Assembly (NCBI GenBank): GCA_951406725.2
Contig: OX597825.1
Coordinates: forward strand, 16,678,001-16,742,000
DNA: 64,000 bases
Source of the DNA: Octopus vulgaris
Lineage: Eukaryota
Direction: 5' to 3'
Shown here: positions 50,199 through 63,402 of the stretch, in pieces
Layout of the letters: each line of letters starts with the position of its first letter
Numbering within the stretch: the first letter of the stretch is position 1
Notes under the pieces: model-generated
The model's input: the letters and a program-made list of their open reading frames with translations, nothing else
Databases searched by the model: none
Told to the model about the DNA's origin: nothing
Program-made: the position numbers and the translations under genes

Positions 50199-52119
50199 AA
50201 AAAGACTAAAAGCTGATTTTCTACTACAGTGGATATAATAATTACAAAAGGCATCAGCCATTTTACTTAACATTTTACTTGTTGCTGCTTTTCTTAGTCT
50301 AGCATAACCTTGATCGATTAGCGCTATGATCAAAGACATTAAACCGGGATAAGCTCATCGATTTTTTTCTTGAATGGTGTATTCTGGATTACATTACTCC
50401 TGTATCGTATTTTAAAACGAAAATGAATGATTTGATTGCTGTTTAGTTGCTATTTCTTGCGGCTCCCTCGTTCGCTCGTGTGGCGAATGGTAGCCTCTGA
50501 TGGGTTCGCATAAGTAATTTTGATTCCTAAGAAATAACGAATTACTCGATTTCATATTATACAAAACTACTCATTGTTCCTTAAGGCATTGGACTGTTCA
50601 TTTCAAAGACAACGATTTATGGCTTTGCAGAATAGCTTGGCTGCAACGTTATTGATCAGAGACGTATCGCAACAGCAGCAACAGGATATCGAAGCATAAA
50701 ATTCGGATTGTCCACCAGGACTCAGATATACACAGACCATTCATGAATTATGCAGTAAATTATTGGATAAGGTTGATAAATAGTATTTCTTCTAAATTAC
50801 TTTTAAACCAGGAAGTTATATAATAACATTATAGTCTGTAAATTAACATATAATGCAATTTGATTGTCTGTAGAGAATTTGGCATAACAATCCTTAATAT
50901 GCGATCACTGCCAAAGACTTATATTTATTTAAGCAGTGGGACATACATTTCTAAGATGTATGAGCTTCTGTTGCGTTTATGACTTTGGCAAGGACATGAG
51001 TTCCGTAGAGAAGTGAAATGGATTAAAATATCAAAACTGGTCACTTACTCAGTCTTATTCTGCATTGGTCGAGAGCTATAGTGTGTTTATTAAAGTATCT
51101 TATGAGATAATGATTTACCAGTGCGTTGATAAAACCACCCATTAGTTAAGTTCGTCTCTCTTTGTGATAGAGGTTGCGTAAAAAACACAAACAAACAAAC
51201 AGACAACTCCCATATTTTACACGGCTTTTGTCAAATTAATGACGTTAACTAGTTAGTAATGGTCTACTCCATCTCTGCTTAAAGAAATTTAAAAGTCTCT
51301 TGACAGAAATTTAAGTAATTTCCTTAAACGAAAATAAGAAGAAAACGATGCGGTTTTGTCATGTGTTGCAGGCAAAAATGTTCTCGTTTAGTATTATGTT
51401 CCTTTTGAGTAATAAACTCAGAAAGATTGGGCAAAATTAAACTTTACTTTCTATTCCTAATGTGGTAAATATAACTCAACAGATTTGTAATAATTACAAA
51501 ATATAATAGGAACAGGAAATTACTCATAAGAAACAAATTATTAGTTTTGAAAAACAAATTGTTTAAAATATAATTGTGTTTTACATCTATGAAGAGACAT
51601 ACAAATAAAAAGTCATTGATTCTATTTCGTCATATTCAGTTCTGTTCAAGAACGTTCTTTGAAGAATATATGGAAGTTACCGTGTGCTAGTGTCTCATGT
51701 CTGTTTTGAAGTTTCCCCCACCTTCAAAATCTGGCCACTATTTCGAGTGCAGTGTTTAAATATCTTGCTTTGAAATATAAGGAACAATTTGGAAATGATT
51801 TCAATTTATGTGGCATGAAAAAGGAGCCTATATCTTTCAAGATAATTATCCATACTGAATATGAACAACTATTTTCAATTGAGCCAAATGGCATCAGCAT
51901 CAAATTATAAACCTGCATCTATCTGTTATTACAAAAAAAAAAAGAAAAAAAAATGACAAAAAAGCAATAAGGTATGAAAAACCTACTTACTGATATCTAT
52001 TTCTAGAATATCCCAGAAATAATTACATTATGTCTTTTTATTTGTAGATATTATTCGTTTCAGAAACGATTCTATAACTGGTGGTACTTATGCATATTCT
52101 TGAGTGCAGATATGTGCGT

Positions 52120-52887
52120 GTTAGCCGTTAGCCGGTTAGTCGTGCCTGCGCTTTCGTGTAGCGAAGGTCCCGGTGGACGGAAGCGCTTTGGTCTCGACAC
52201 TGACTGGCTGAAGCTGGCAACGGCGGGGCGCTGCCCTGCGACCTGCGGACTTCGCGCGCCTACCGGCCCAACGGGAGCTGGTCATGACGACGGATCGGAG
52301 GGGAAGTGCGCTCGATGCCAATGCCCTGGAAATCGAGCGCCGACCGCCTGCGGAACGAGCGGCCGCAACTGGCGCAGTCATCAGCGTCGACGGCGCCTCG
52401 GCGGGGTGCAGCGGACTGAGTCCCCTCGCGATCGCGTTGAGTAGTACTAGCCTTTTACCCCTGGGCGGATTCACGGTCTCTTGAACTCTCTCCAAAGTTC
52501 TTTTCAACTTTCCCTAACGGTAGTTGTCGGCTATCGGACTCGTCCCCGTATTTAGCCTTAGATTGGGCTTACCACCCGCTTTAGGCTGCCTTTCCAAGCA
52601 TCCCGACTCTCGGGCCGAAGTACACCGCCTGTCGCCGCCGGTTCCGAATGGGCGTTGCACTCGCTCTGGACAGCCCCGATGGAGGGAACTCCGAATCTAG
52701 CCGGGCGAAACGATCGACGGTGTACGACCCTTGCGTCACAGCTCTCGACGACCTGTGCGGCCCATCAGATTCGGCGTTGGGCATCTACCGGTTCAAGAGT
52801 CGTTACTTAGGGAAACCTGGTTGGTTTCCTTTCCTCTGCTTAGTGATATGCATACGTTCGGCGGGCAGTTTCGTCCTAGTGGAGATC
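52120..52887 (-). rRNA. Orphan 5' fragment of 28S rRNA gene (5' end through D1 into D2), probably pseudogenic
   Basis: RC contains CCCGCCGAACGTATGCATATCACTAAGCAGAGGAAAGGAAACCAACCAGG (28S 5' conserved block) and GAGTCGGG...AAAGCGGGTGGTAA...ATCTAAGGCTAAATAC...CCGATAG...GGGAAAGTTGAAAAGAACTTTG...GAGTTCAAGAG. GC-rich island in AT-rich DNA. Confidence 0.92.
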
Positions 52888-53192
52888 AGCGTGTATTTTT
52901 GTTTTCATGTTCATGAGCTTACAGTGCAATGGCGAAGGTGTAAGAAGCGTGCGGCTGCCGCTCCATCAACTGGCACGAACGCTCACATGGAGATCAATAG
53001 AGCGAACGCTGACCGACGGCGGCGGTGGCGGCCACGGAAGAGAAGCGAAAACGGCGGGCAGGAAGGGAAAAAAGAGAAGCGTATTAGACGAGCGAGCGTC
53101 AGGCGAGAATAGCTCGGGCGGTGGCACTTTCGTCGTGCGGTTCGGCGCGGCAGCACTGTCTGTTTATTTCATTCGCCGTCGTCGTCTGCGTG
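52888..53192 (-). other. Probable ITS2 segment contiguous with the 28S fragment
   Basis: GC/CpG-rich sequence immediately upstream of the 28S 5' end on the minus strand. No 5.8S motif recognised before AT-rich DNA resumes. Confidence 0.7.
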
Positions 53193-54112
53193 CTTTAGGT
53201 CTACTTTTTCCAATGCTTACCCAATGTCCACTACTGTAGCCCAGAGTTGATCTAACACATGAGACCTAAATTCTGTCGTTAGAAATTGTACAGAGTCAGG
53301 CCAGATGTTCGTATCTTCTCTGGGGGAGAGGGTGTGTGCTTCAAATTGTAAGCACTCAGATCAGGTTACCATTCAGATGATAACACGATAGCTTGTTTTG
53401 GCTGCCATTTCACCAAAGATTCAGGAACCAAAGAGTCGTTATTTCTATCTTCCCTTGCTCAACCAGTGACTGATTACGTCATACAAAAAGATAACAACGG
53501 TCGGAACGAACTTAGTAACTTCTGTCACAGGAGCCAGGTTTACGTCTAAGCGATTTATATCTTTACAAAGACTCGAATTTATCTTGCTTCAGAAGCCATT
53601 GGTAATGCGTAGATATAGAATATTTTTCAAAAAGTAGCTACAACTAAAAAAAATATAGCCTTTGTTTGTAGATAAAACAGATATATTCAAAGCTATATGT
53701 AGTTACTGCTGAGAAAAGAAAAAAAAAAGGTTCCCTGGTTTGTGTAGCAATTTCTTTTGTATGATTTTCAACTGTAAACTCGGTCGTGTGATGTCGTACA
53801 ATACTAATCAATAGGTGGCACTATAGTCCTTTACTGGCCATAAATAGCATTGAGTAGTTTGTATAACAGCGCTACCATAATTTGCATAACAATAATATCA
53901 GTCTTGTATCGTTCTTTTAAAGCTGAATCAGCTTATTTTTTAACGTTCCTTGTTGTAAGCCATCTCCGCTATTTTTTTTTTTTTTTTTTGGTCAAAGTTG
54001 TTAGCGACGTAAGCAGCTCTTTCATTTATCAACGGTATCACAGGCTCTGAAGACTGTCAGAATGACGTAGATGCCTCTGACAAGAACCCAAAAAGGGTTC
54101 GAAAATCGATTA

Positions 54113-54575
54113 AAGGCGGCGAGCTGGTAGAAACGTTAGCACGCCGGGCGAAATGCTTACCAGTATTTCGTCTGCCGCTACGTTCTGAGTTCAAATTCTG
54201 CCGAGGTTGACTTTACTTTTCATCATTTCGGGGTCGATAAATTAAGTACAAGTTGCGAACTGGGGTCGATCTAATCAACAGGCTCCCTCCCCCAAAATTT
54301 CGGCTCTTGTGCCTAGAGTAGAAAAGAATATTACTGCAGTAAATAAAGCGGTGAGCTGGCATAAACGTTAGCACGCCGGGCGAAATGCTTAGCGGTATTT
54401 CGTCTGCCGCTACGTTCTGACTTCATATTCCGCCGAGGTCGACTTTGCCTTTCATCATTTCGGACTCGATAAATTAAGTTATGCACTGGGGTCGATATAA
54501 TCGACTTAATCCGTTTGTCTATCCTTGTTTGTCCTCTCTGTGTTTTGCCCCTTGTGGGTAGTAAAGAAATAGGTA
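54113..54575 (+). mobile_element. Two adjacent SINE family B copies with different tails
   Basis: 54113-54330 ends CCCCAAAATTTCGGCTCTTGTGCCTAGAGTAGAAAAGAAT; 54346-54575 ends CCCCTTGTGGGTAGTAAAGAAATAGG. Confidence 0.92.
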
Positions 54576-55560
54576 TCACATGCTCTTCACTTTAGGTTCC
54601 AGTCTACAAAAGGTGTCTATTGTCATCAAAACATCTCCTCGTACATTAATCCCAGGAACGGAAGACATTGCTATTATAAACTATATTGTTAAATATACAA
54701 TTCCCTATAAAATAAAAAGGATAGAGTTCCTAGCTGTGCAATAAATGAGAGCAACTTAAACTTTCATAAGCGTTCATAACTTCACTCGATACATATGGCC
54801 GTATACTTGTTGAATCCTTCCTGAAGACTTATTGCAGTTGATGAAGTATGTTTATGAATTACTATCTTGATTTCTGTTTTACGGTTGAGCAGGATTGTTT
54901 CACGCAGTTACAAACAGAGTTTGCAAGATACCACAATATAATCAGGAAAACCTTCACTTATACTATTTTTTGTTTCAGGAAAGATTAATCTTATATTTAA
55001 TACAGGTTTGTTTCAAACTCCGTCATTTTATCCTTTTGGTGGCAGATTATAAAATATAAATCATAAACTAGATTACTCACTCTCCATTTCAATGTAATGA
55101 TTAATGAAAACGTTTTTTGATTTAGTGTATTACTACAAACTGCGGACAAATTTAAATGTTGGATGATATAAATATATTTCTTAAAGACTTTGGTATTTAC
55201 GAATATATCACTCCTTTTATCGAGAATAGAATTCGTTTGTCTCGGAGGTGTGTTTGCCAGACACGTTATTTGATCTGAGACTCTGCGTTGAAACTAAAAC
55301 AATTACAGCATGGGAAACATCTTATACCTCCAAATGCACACAAAGTCATTTAACTTTATTTAAACGTAATAACAAATAACGTTTCAGTAACATTAAGTCT
55401 TTTATGTTTTTGAATGTCGAGGATGTATCTTTCACCTTGTAATAGAAATTGTTTCCATGTAAGAAAACACCGCCAGCAATCTTTACGATATTTCTTATTA
55501 TAATAATATATCAATATTTGTTATTTAGAGAAAGACGTCAGAGATAATTTAATATCCTAT

Positions 55561-55948
55561 GGATGGAAGCACTCCGTCGGTTACGACGACGAGGGTTCCG
55601 GTTGATCCGAATCAACGGAACAGCCTGCTGGTGAAATTAACGTGTAAGTGGCTGAGCACTCCACAGTCACGTGTACCCTTAACGTAGTTCTCGGGGATAT
55701 TCAGCGTGACACAGAGAGTGACAAGGCCGGCTCTTTGAAATACAGGTACAACAGAAACAGGAAGTAAGAGTGAGAGAAAGTTGTGGTGAAAGAGTACAGC
55801 AGGGATCACCACCACCCCCTACCGGAGCCTCGTGGAGCTTTAGGTGTTTTCGCTCAATAAACACTCACAACGCCCGGTCTGGGAATCGAAACCGCGATTC
55901 TATGACCGCGAGTCCGCTGCCCTAACCACTGGGCCATTGCACCTCCCC
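55561..55948 (-). mobile_element. SINE family C, full length, 12-bp target-site duplication
   Basis: RC head GGAGGTGCAATGGCCCAGTGGTTAGGGCAGCGGACTCGCGG...GGTTTCGATTCCC. Flanks TTAATATCCTAT at 55549-55560 and 55949-55960. Confidence 0.92.
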
Positions 55949-56309
55949 TTAATATCCTATAATATGACAATGATACTTGTAGTATTTGTCCGATTCAGGA
56001 GCGGTATGCAGAGGAACGAAATTTGATTTTGTTACCACCCCAAGGCATTCCTTTCTGGCAGAACTATGCTAAAAGGAATCCTGTTCACAATATTCTCGAT
56101 TAAACACGAGCAGTTAATATGCAGGGCTTTATTACCTAAGGATTCTTTCTTTTTCTACCCAGATGGTAGGATTTAATTCAATAGAAATATCCTAAATATT
56201 CGTCCATTTTGAGAGACGACGTACAAGTCCCACGTTATTCGTGAAAATACAGTTTACTCGTGCTACAATTTCTAAATTAGGCAAATTCAGCGCTATGACT
56301 GTGGGGTGA

Positions 56310-56800
56310 TCAGTTAATAACTTATGCCACAGCACTTGGTTGGTAATTCATTTTATCGAACCGCTATAGATAGAAGCAAATTTAACCTGGGCAGGTTTTG
56401 AACTCAACGTAATCATACGGAATAATTGCCGCAAAGCATTTTATCTGTTGCGCTAATGTTTCTGCCGCCTCTCCGCCCTTGTTTACTTATATGATGGATT
56501 CCAATTTTGGTACAAGTTCAGCAAATTTGGGGAGAGATCAAGTTTATTACATTGGTTCCAGTGCTTAACTGGTGCTTATTTTAGCTACCCTGAAATGATG
56601 ATAGTTGAAGGCGACCTTGGTTGACTTTAAACTAAGAATCTTGTGAAAATTAAACTAAGAAATTTTGGAAGAAGGCGCTAGTACTCAACTGACAAAATGA
56701 AAAAAAAATTTGACCCCGATGGAATTTCAACTCGACACGTAAAGAACTGGAAGAGATGCCTCTAAGCATTTTGTTCGATGCACTAACGATTCTGCTTCTT
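56310..56800 (-). mobile_element. Cluster of old SINE family B remnants
   Basis: Three degenerate matches (TTTTGAACTCAACG...AAGCATTTT...GCTAATGTTTCTGCC; AACTGGTGCTTATTTTAG; GGAATTTCAACTC...CTAAGCATTTTG...CTAACGATTCTGC). Confidence 0.6.
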
Positions 56801-57114
56801 CGTATCTTTAGTTATAGAATCTGATGTTTTCAGATGCTCATAGTGAAGTAATAACATTATAAGGTTTAGTGTTTCTTTGAACTCATAACCATACTGTGTA
56901 AACTTCACAATTTTATGATTCTGTTGTACGTTTGCTTTAGCCGCCGCCATCATTGTTATTCTGTAATACAATATTGAATCTTGAAATACAAATCACTTAA
57001 TTTTCCAATAGTACGTTTAATTTTAATCTTATAATTCTCATTAAAATGTTCATAACGCAGTCAAATACACGTATACATGCACACATACATTACATATATA
57101 TACATACATATATA

Positions 57115-57172
<58 letters not shown>

Positions 57173-58720
57173 TATATATATGTGTATATCTGTGTGTATG
57201 TGTATGAGGCAGTGTGTTTTATATATTTATGATTTCATTGTATATTTTTTTCATTTATAATGTTATCTTATCCACAAATAGTATTTGACTTGATGCAGTT
57301 TCTGCCTATTCCATTTTGTTTGTTTCCCCGGAATTAGATTTATTTCCTGTTTATATTGTTTAAACATTGTAAATATAATTTTCATTAGCTATCTCCAATA
57401 AGCACTAACCATCTTTTATTACGTCGAAGACTGAAAACACACAGTTTAAGAAGTGATATTTCTAGAATTGATTGATTCCTAAAAGCTAAAAATCAAACAT
57501 TGTTTTTCAAGCGAAAAAAAAAAAACAAAAAAAAAAGAACAAAACACTTGAGTATCAAATATTGCATTTGGTGCAGATGAAAATAGGGATTGTGTTTATG
57601 TTAGATGTTTCTTTCCATTATATTATTTTTTTGTTTGTAATCTTCAACGGAAGACATTGCATTAATGGTGGACAGCGAGAAAGAAATAAAATCAAAACGG
57701 CAAACACATCTTAGTAAAGATAATATTAATGTAAATAATATGAATAATATTTATTGCAGCATCCAAGTGTATTCGAGTGATTGAGTATTTTAACAGTTCG
57801 TTCTTTTATGCTAGTTTTAACGGATGGAAATGTATTGTGCAACAAACATCTGCAACATCTTGGAATTAAACTCAATCATTATTTATTTCTTACATTCTTC
57901 CTATGTCGTATATTTAAATTCGCTTCTTTTTATTTGGCCATATTCTTCTCTGAAATCATCCATTTAAATTCATTAAGACTTAGTCGTCTATAAATAATAC
58001 ATTAAGTGGAGATAAAACTCTTAGTGAATTTGCTTTATTTAGAGATTTCTATCTATTTTATTACATTCCATTAGAAAATGTAAAATTGTTCGTCTTTCGT
58101 TACGTATATTTAGTGCTAGATCGTTATAAAACAGCAAATGAATGATGGTTTTGTGTAAATTAAAGCGAATAGCTTAGATAACTTGAACTTTGCAACAGTA
58201 GCTATGTGGTCGATCGACCTACAAGAAATGGCCGCGAAGTTGTACTCAAATCAACAACTATTGTGTTGGAAATGAATAGATTGGGACAATAACAAAAATA
58301 ATAAATTGCAAAATACAGACCTCAGATAGCATAAATTAATTGGTCATGGGCAGAGCGCCTTTAGTATTATCTATGTTATTTTAGAAGTGCTGTAGGTTTT
58401 AGTAACGTCAAATAAAACAGTAATGTGTTTGCGGTTAATATTCTTTAAAACAATGTGAATACTATATTTTCTTTATTGAGCACGCGTTAAATTTATAGAG
58501 GCATTACCTCCTCCACATCAGTGACAAGAACAACAATTCACCTATTAGCTGTAAACTAAATGCCCTCACAGAATCTCTAAGTCGTATTTGTTATTTTTCA
58601 TTTTTACTTTTGGACGTCACTAATTCTCGAACCTGTGGTACCGATTCTACAAATCAATCAAAATCTATAATGCTTGTCATTTCTTCAGCTTATTTCATTG
58701 TTTTTTAAAATGCAGGAAAA

Positions 58721-58754
58721 GCAGTAGCAGTAGCAGTAGCAGTAGCAGTAGCAG
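58721..58754. repeat. (GCAGTA)n hexanucleotide repeat
   Basis: Five to six units visible. Confidence 0.9.
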
Positions 58755-59878
58755 AGTGTATTATTCTCCTATCTCTATTATTTCATTATCTATCACCTCT
58801 AATCTACCACTTTTATTGTTTTCAAATCCAACTCACAAAACCTTGTGAAAATGACTGATTGTTATACATATTTTTTTAATGAAAAAAGTTCCCTGTTAGT
58901 TCCTATTAGATTTTGTTTGCTACAAAATGTAAATTAAATAATCCACCAAAAAAGACAATCACGTTGTAATTTCATTAAATATTCGTAGTTATTTCTTAAA
59001 AAAATATCAGCCATCTCACGCACTATAATAAAAACTGCTACATATATAACCAAACATAGAATCAAGGTCGAAACGCCAGCAAACTTATAGGAATGTTTCA
59101 TGTAACAAATTCATTTGGTATTCTGATTATTTTTGTTATTCTATTCTCACAGCATTTCCATGTCGTGCTTTGAATTCCCATTGCAAATTAAACTCTCCGA
59201 CAACTTTTGGTAAGACGGCAATAAGAAATGAACCGATCTAATGTTGATCAAACCAAAACTTAACATGGAATTCTAAGATGAATGAAATGTAAAATAAAAT
59301 GTATAAATAGACAAATAAATAACACACAAACTGCCAAAACATATTTAAGAAAATAGAAACTAAAGAAGTAAGAAACAAAACGAAGAAAGAAAATGTGAGC
59401 AAAAATTATACGAGTTGCGATATGAGTGCCAACGTTTGTGGACTTTTGTTTTATGTGAGAACGTAGGAATGTGTTCCGTTTTTAAGAAAAATTTTTCGAG
59501 TGTTCCAAGGTTTGATTGATTTTGAGTCATCAATAATTCAATTAGTCAGCAAAGTTTTGGTCTTTCGGAGAAAACTTCGAAAATAACAAGCGAAAAAAAA
59601 AAAAAAAAAAAGAAATGAAAGTAAAATAGTTAAATGAACAAAAATAAATATGCGAAAAATATTTTCTTTTTTTAAAAATCACAAAAATAAAAACTTATAA
59701 ATAAATACAAAAAGAAATGTAAAAAGAAAAGAAAACTCAAGGCATCGAAAGAAGAAGAATGAAAATGACAGAAACACGGACTAAATACCTTTGATAATGA
59801 AAGTTAAGAAACTATTCACGGAAATAAAACAGTTAAACGAAACCAAGTAAGTTTTGATCAAAAAACGGAGAAACAGGA

Positions 59879-59914
<36 letters not shown>

Positions 59915-59948
59915 TGTATGTATGTATGTATGTATGTATGTATGCATG

Positions 59949-59989
<41 letters not shown>

Positions 59990-60150
59990 ATATGTATATA
60001 TATATATATATATATGTATGTATGCATGTATATATGTATATGTATGTATTTATATATATATATATATGTATGTATGCATGTATATATGTATATGTATGTA
60101 TATATATATATATATGTATGTATGTATATATATGTATATATATATGTGGG

Positions 60151-60181
<31 letters not shown>

Positions 60182-60902
60182 TTGTGTGTGTATGTGTGTA
60201 TGTGTATTGGTCTAAAAGTTAATCTCGCTTGATGTGAGATTATTGTGTAAAAAACGTCTTTTTTTAGCCGCTGTAAAACGTGCAGACACTCACGTAGACG
60301 AATACAGAGATAAATACACACATACACATTGATATTCACCACCGCTAACATATGTGCATATATCTACGTAAGTCTGTAAAGAAACTAATGTGCATGTATG
60401 GGTGTGTGTATGCGAGAGTATGTCTCATTGTGTCTTTGTTAGAATAATGTCTGTTTGAAGCCATCCAAGTTAATAACAGAAAATATTTCTGGAATATTTA
60501 TTACCATTTCTGTCCTCTAGCCTCCAACGTCTGCCATCATGACACAGACGAATATATAGGTTCTTACACAAAAAGCAGACGAAATTTCTCGAGGGCTATT
60601 TTATATTTAATATTTTATCACAAGAAAATCGTGATCCCTTAGAAGCCGAGCCAAATTAAGAATGGCATCTATTGGCATTACGACTATCGGTGATGTTGAT
60701 GTTGTTGGCGTTGGTGTTCTATCTTTTTTGATGTCTCAGAATTTCTAGAAAATTATTGGTCATTTCTTTCTTTGGTTTCTCACTCGATTTTATCGAGATG
60801 ACATGGGAGCCCCTACAAAATCGCTCGAGTAATTAGAATGAGCGCATAAATCTTCTAAAACTTGAAAACAAACAACAACAAAGATAAAGTATGCTTTGTG
60901 TT

Positions 60903-61170
60903 TTTACTGAGGCCATGCAACAGCACCACCCCTCAGTGCGTTTGGGTTTGTTTTGTATACTGTTTCTGGTCAAGTAGCGAGTTTGACGGAGCTGCTCTTC
61001 TTTCTGCCTCCTGATGCGATGTGCGTTTATCTAGTATTTCAGATAAAAAATAATGTCCAGATGTTATTTGAAGACGTTCATATATACAGCACGCAAATCT
61101 CTGAAGTTGTTTGGCAGAGTGTTGAATAGTTGTGGACCCTTGAAACCAAAGCTGTTGGATTACTGGGTTT
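60903..61170 (-). mobile_element. CR1/L2-like LINE 3' end, same family as 20190-20675
   Basis: RC translation SNSFGFKGPQLFNTLPNNFRDLRAVYMNVFK*HLDI parallels GPELFNALPQKLRYLHKVEVDVLKK. 3' end RC GGTGGTGCTGTTGCATGGCCTCAGTAAAA. Confidence 0.7.
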
Positions 61171-61174
61171 TTAT

Positions 61175-61875
61175 TCTAGACCACCTACACACAACCCGAT
61201 GTAATTCTTCTTTTCAATTAGCTTATCTTGAAGCGTTGTTGCTAATTCTGCCTCGTATATGGCGCAGTTTATATTACACGCCTGGTCAAGTGGGCAAGCT
61301 TTATGTTCTCGACAGTTACAACACCGTCGTGTACGAGGCAGGAGTGACAGTAACGCTTCAAGATTACGTAACGGAAAAGCCGAATTACATCGGGAAGGCG
61401 ATTTAGATAAAACGTTATGCAGACTTCCTACCTTCTTTTCGACAAATCGAAAAAAATAACGCAGCTAAGTTGGGTAGCCGTGTGTGGAGTTTGAACACTA
61501 ACACCATACCATATACAGAGAAGTGGTCAATCGTGGGAAAATCCAAGCCGTTTACTAATAGATCTAAGAAATGTAACTTACGCATAGCATCTCATGTACT
61601 TCTTAAATCCAAGATTTCCACCGCACTGCTTAATTCCAGATACTTATTGAGTTGCTGTCTCGCAGATTTGGCATATTTTCTGTTATATTTTTCAATACCA
61701 GCTGCATTAATAGTGGTTTGTTGCTTTCGTTTCTTTCATCTCCTTCCAGTTTTTGTACCTACCTTCGTTGCGCTTTTCTTATATTTTCATATTTTCTCTC
61801 TGTCCATCGTTTGCGCTTTCAAAATCCATCTAGGACAGAACAAGAGTCTGAAATGTTGTTTGGAGATACATAGCG
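61175..61875 (+). mobile_element. Penelope-like element remnant: GIY-YIG endonuclease (about 61320-61660) with an inverted copy of its N-terminus at 61175-61270
   Basis: One frame with a single TAG: TVVYEAGVTV...NYIGKAI*IKRYADFLPSFR...AAKLGSRVWSL...KWSIVGKSKPFTNRSKKCNL...LLNSRYLLSCC. This matches the VVY...YIG...KRY..H..SF...L..YIW.LK...W.I...CNLC...LLN.R PLE endonuclease pattern. Confidence 0.8.
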
Positions 61876-61890
61876 TATTATATCTATCTG

Positions 61891-61969
<79 letters not shown>

Positions 61970-62174
61970 GTCTGTGTGCCTGTCTGTGTGTCTGTGTGTC
62001 TGCGTATCTGTGTGTCTGTCTGTGTGTCTGTCTGTGTGTCGGTGTGTCTGTGTGGCTGTGTGTCTGTGTGTGTGTCTGTCTATCTATCTATATTACAATG
62101 AAATATATGTTGGTTAAAAGATGTGTGTGACATTTGATTTTAAATGCTAAAGGTAACTCCATTACATTTACCAA

Positions 62175-62619
62175 TGAGAAAACCGATCTCTTAACGTGAA
62201 AGATGTCAAAACATCATATCTGCCCAGCGATTCCCCTATAGAATTTCCAGACGCACGTTTCTGGTCCTCTAACCTCTCTCAATGGGAAATCTCTTAGAGA
62301 GAGAAAGAGAGAGCGATAGGAAGATTCGCATCGTCGATTTAAGTAAGTAAAGTAAACATCAGTGACTTAGTTGTGACATTGCACCACCTTGACGGGATAA
62401 GTTTAGAGGCACCAACACCAAACAATATTTAGAAATAAACAAACTTTAGGTTAGTTAAAATATATTTGTGACATGCAGTAACTTATAAAGGCAAATTAGT
62501 TGCAGTTACATTCGAGGAAAAACTCTCTCTCTAAGGGAAAAGTGTAAAGACACCATATCTGCACACTGCTTTCCCCATCAGATTCTCAGACGCATGTTTC
62601 TGGTTCTTTAGCTTTCCTC
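62175..62619. repeat. Pair of diverged direct repeats of about 106 bp (62175-62281 and 62514-62619)
   Basis: Shared CATATCTGC...TTCCCC...CAGACGCA.GTTTCTGGT.CT.TA. Each unit has self-complementary ends. Confidence 0.7.
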
Positions 62620-63040
62620 AGTAGCAAATACTGACAAGAGATAACCCTGGGATGTGGTTCTTTGTGCCCATTTTGCTTTTAAGAATTCGATAAAATTTCA
62701 TAGGGAACTAATATTTTACACAGGATCTGTTGCCATTTTTTCACAAAATTAGCAAGTTTATCCGGTCTGGGCTTCGATGAATGTGTTTTGTGTGTCTGTA
62801 CATACTAGTAAAAAGCTGTTATACGGAACGTTGTAAGGTCAATGCATGAGAAACTTTCACAATCGCAAATCCATTATTTTGAGAGGCATGCTCTACAGTA
62901 AATCCCGATAAGGTTCCTAAGATTAATAACATGCGTTGGAGTGTGACTGGGCATAATAACTTTGATAATTAGGGACGTTAAAGTATTGAGTATGCTTTCA
63001 CAATCTCTCTCTCCCTTTCTCTCTCACACACATCTATCTA

Positions 63041-63080
<40 letters not shown>

Positions 63081-63214
63081 CCTATCTATCTATATATCTT
63101 TCTAGCTATCTATACACACAAACATAGGTGTGTGTTTATCATTTACATATATACATATACATGCGTAGTATAGATATTTAAATTCATGCATATATCCATA
63201 CATATGCATTTGTT

Positions 63215-63283
<69 letters not shown>

Positions 63284-63317
63284 CTTATGTATATGTACAA
63301 ATGTCCATGCATTGTGT

Positions 63318-63402
<85 letters not shown>

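Noticed and set aside
50461-50515. GC-rich patch resembling an HDV-like ribozyme
   Set aside because: I could not build the nested double pseudoknot; the start resembles an old dispersed repeat also seen near 49880.
52100-53239. Several GC-rich ORFs of 61-154 aa
   Set aside because: They overlie the 28S/ITS2 fragment; open frames arise from high GC.
54047-54101. CTGAAGA followed by two hairpins (TGTCAGA/TCTGACA and GAACCC/GGGTTC)
   Set aside because: GAAA is incomplete and no stem I can form; not a hammerhead as it stands.
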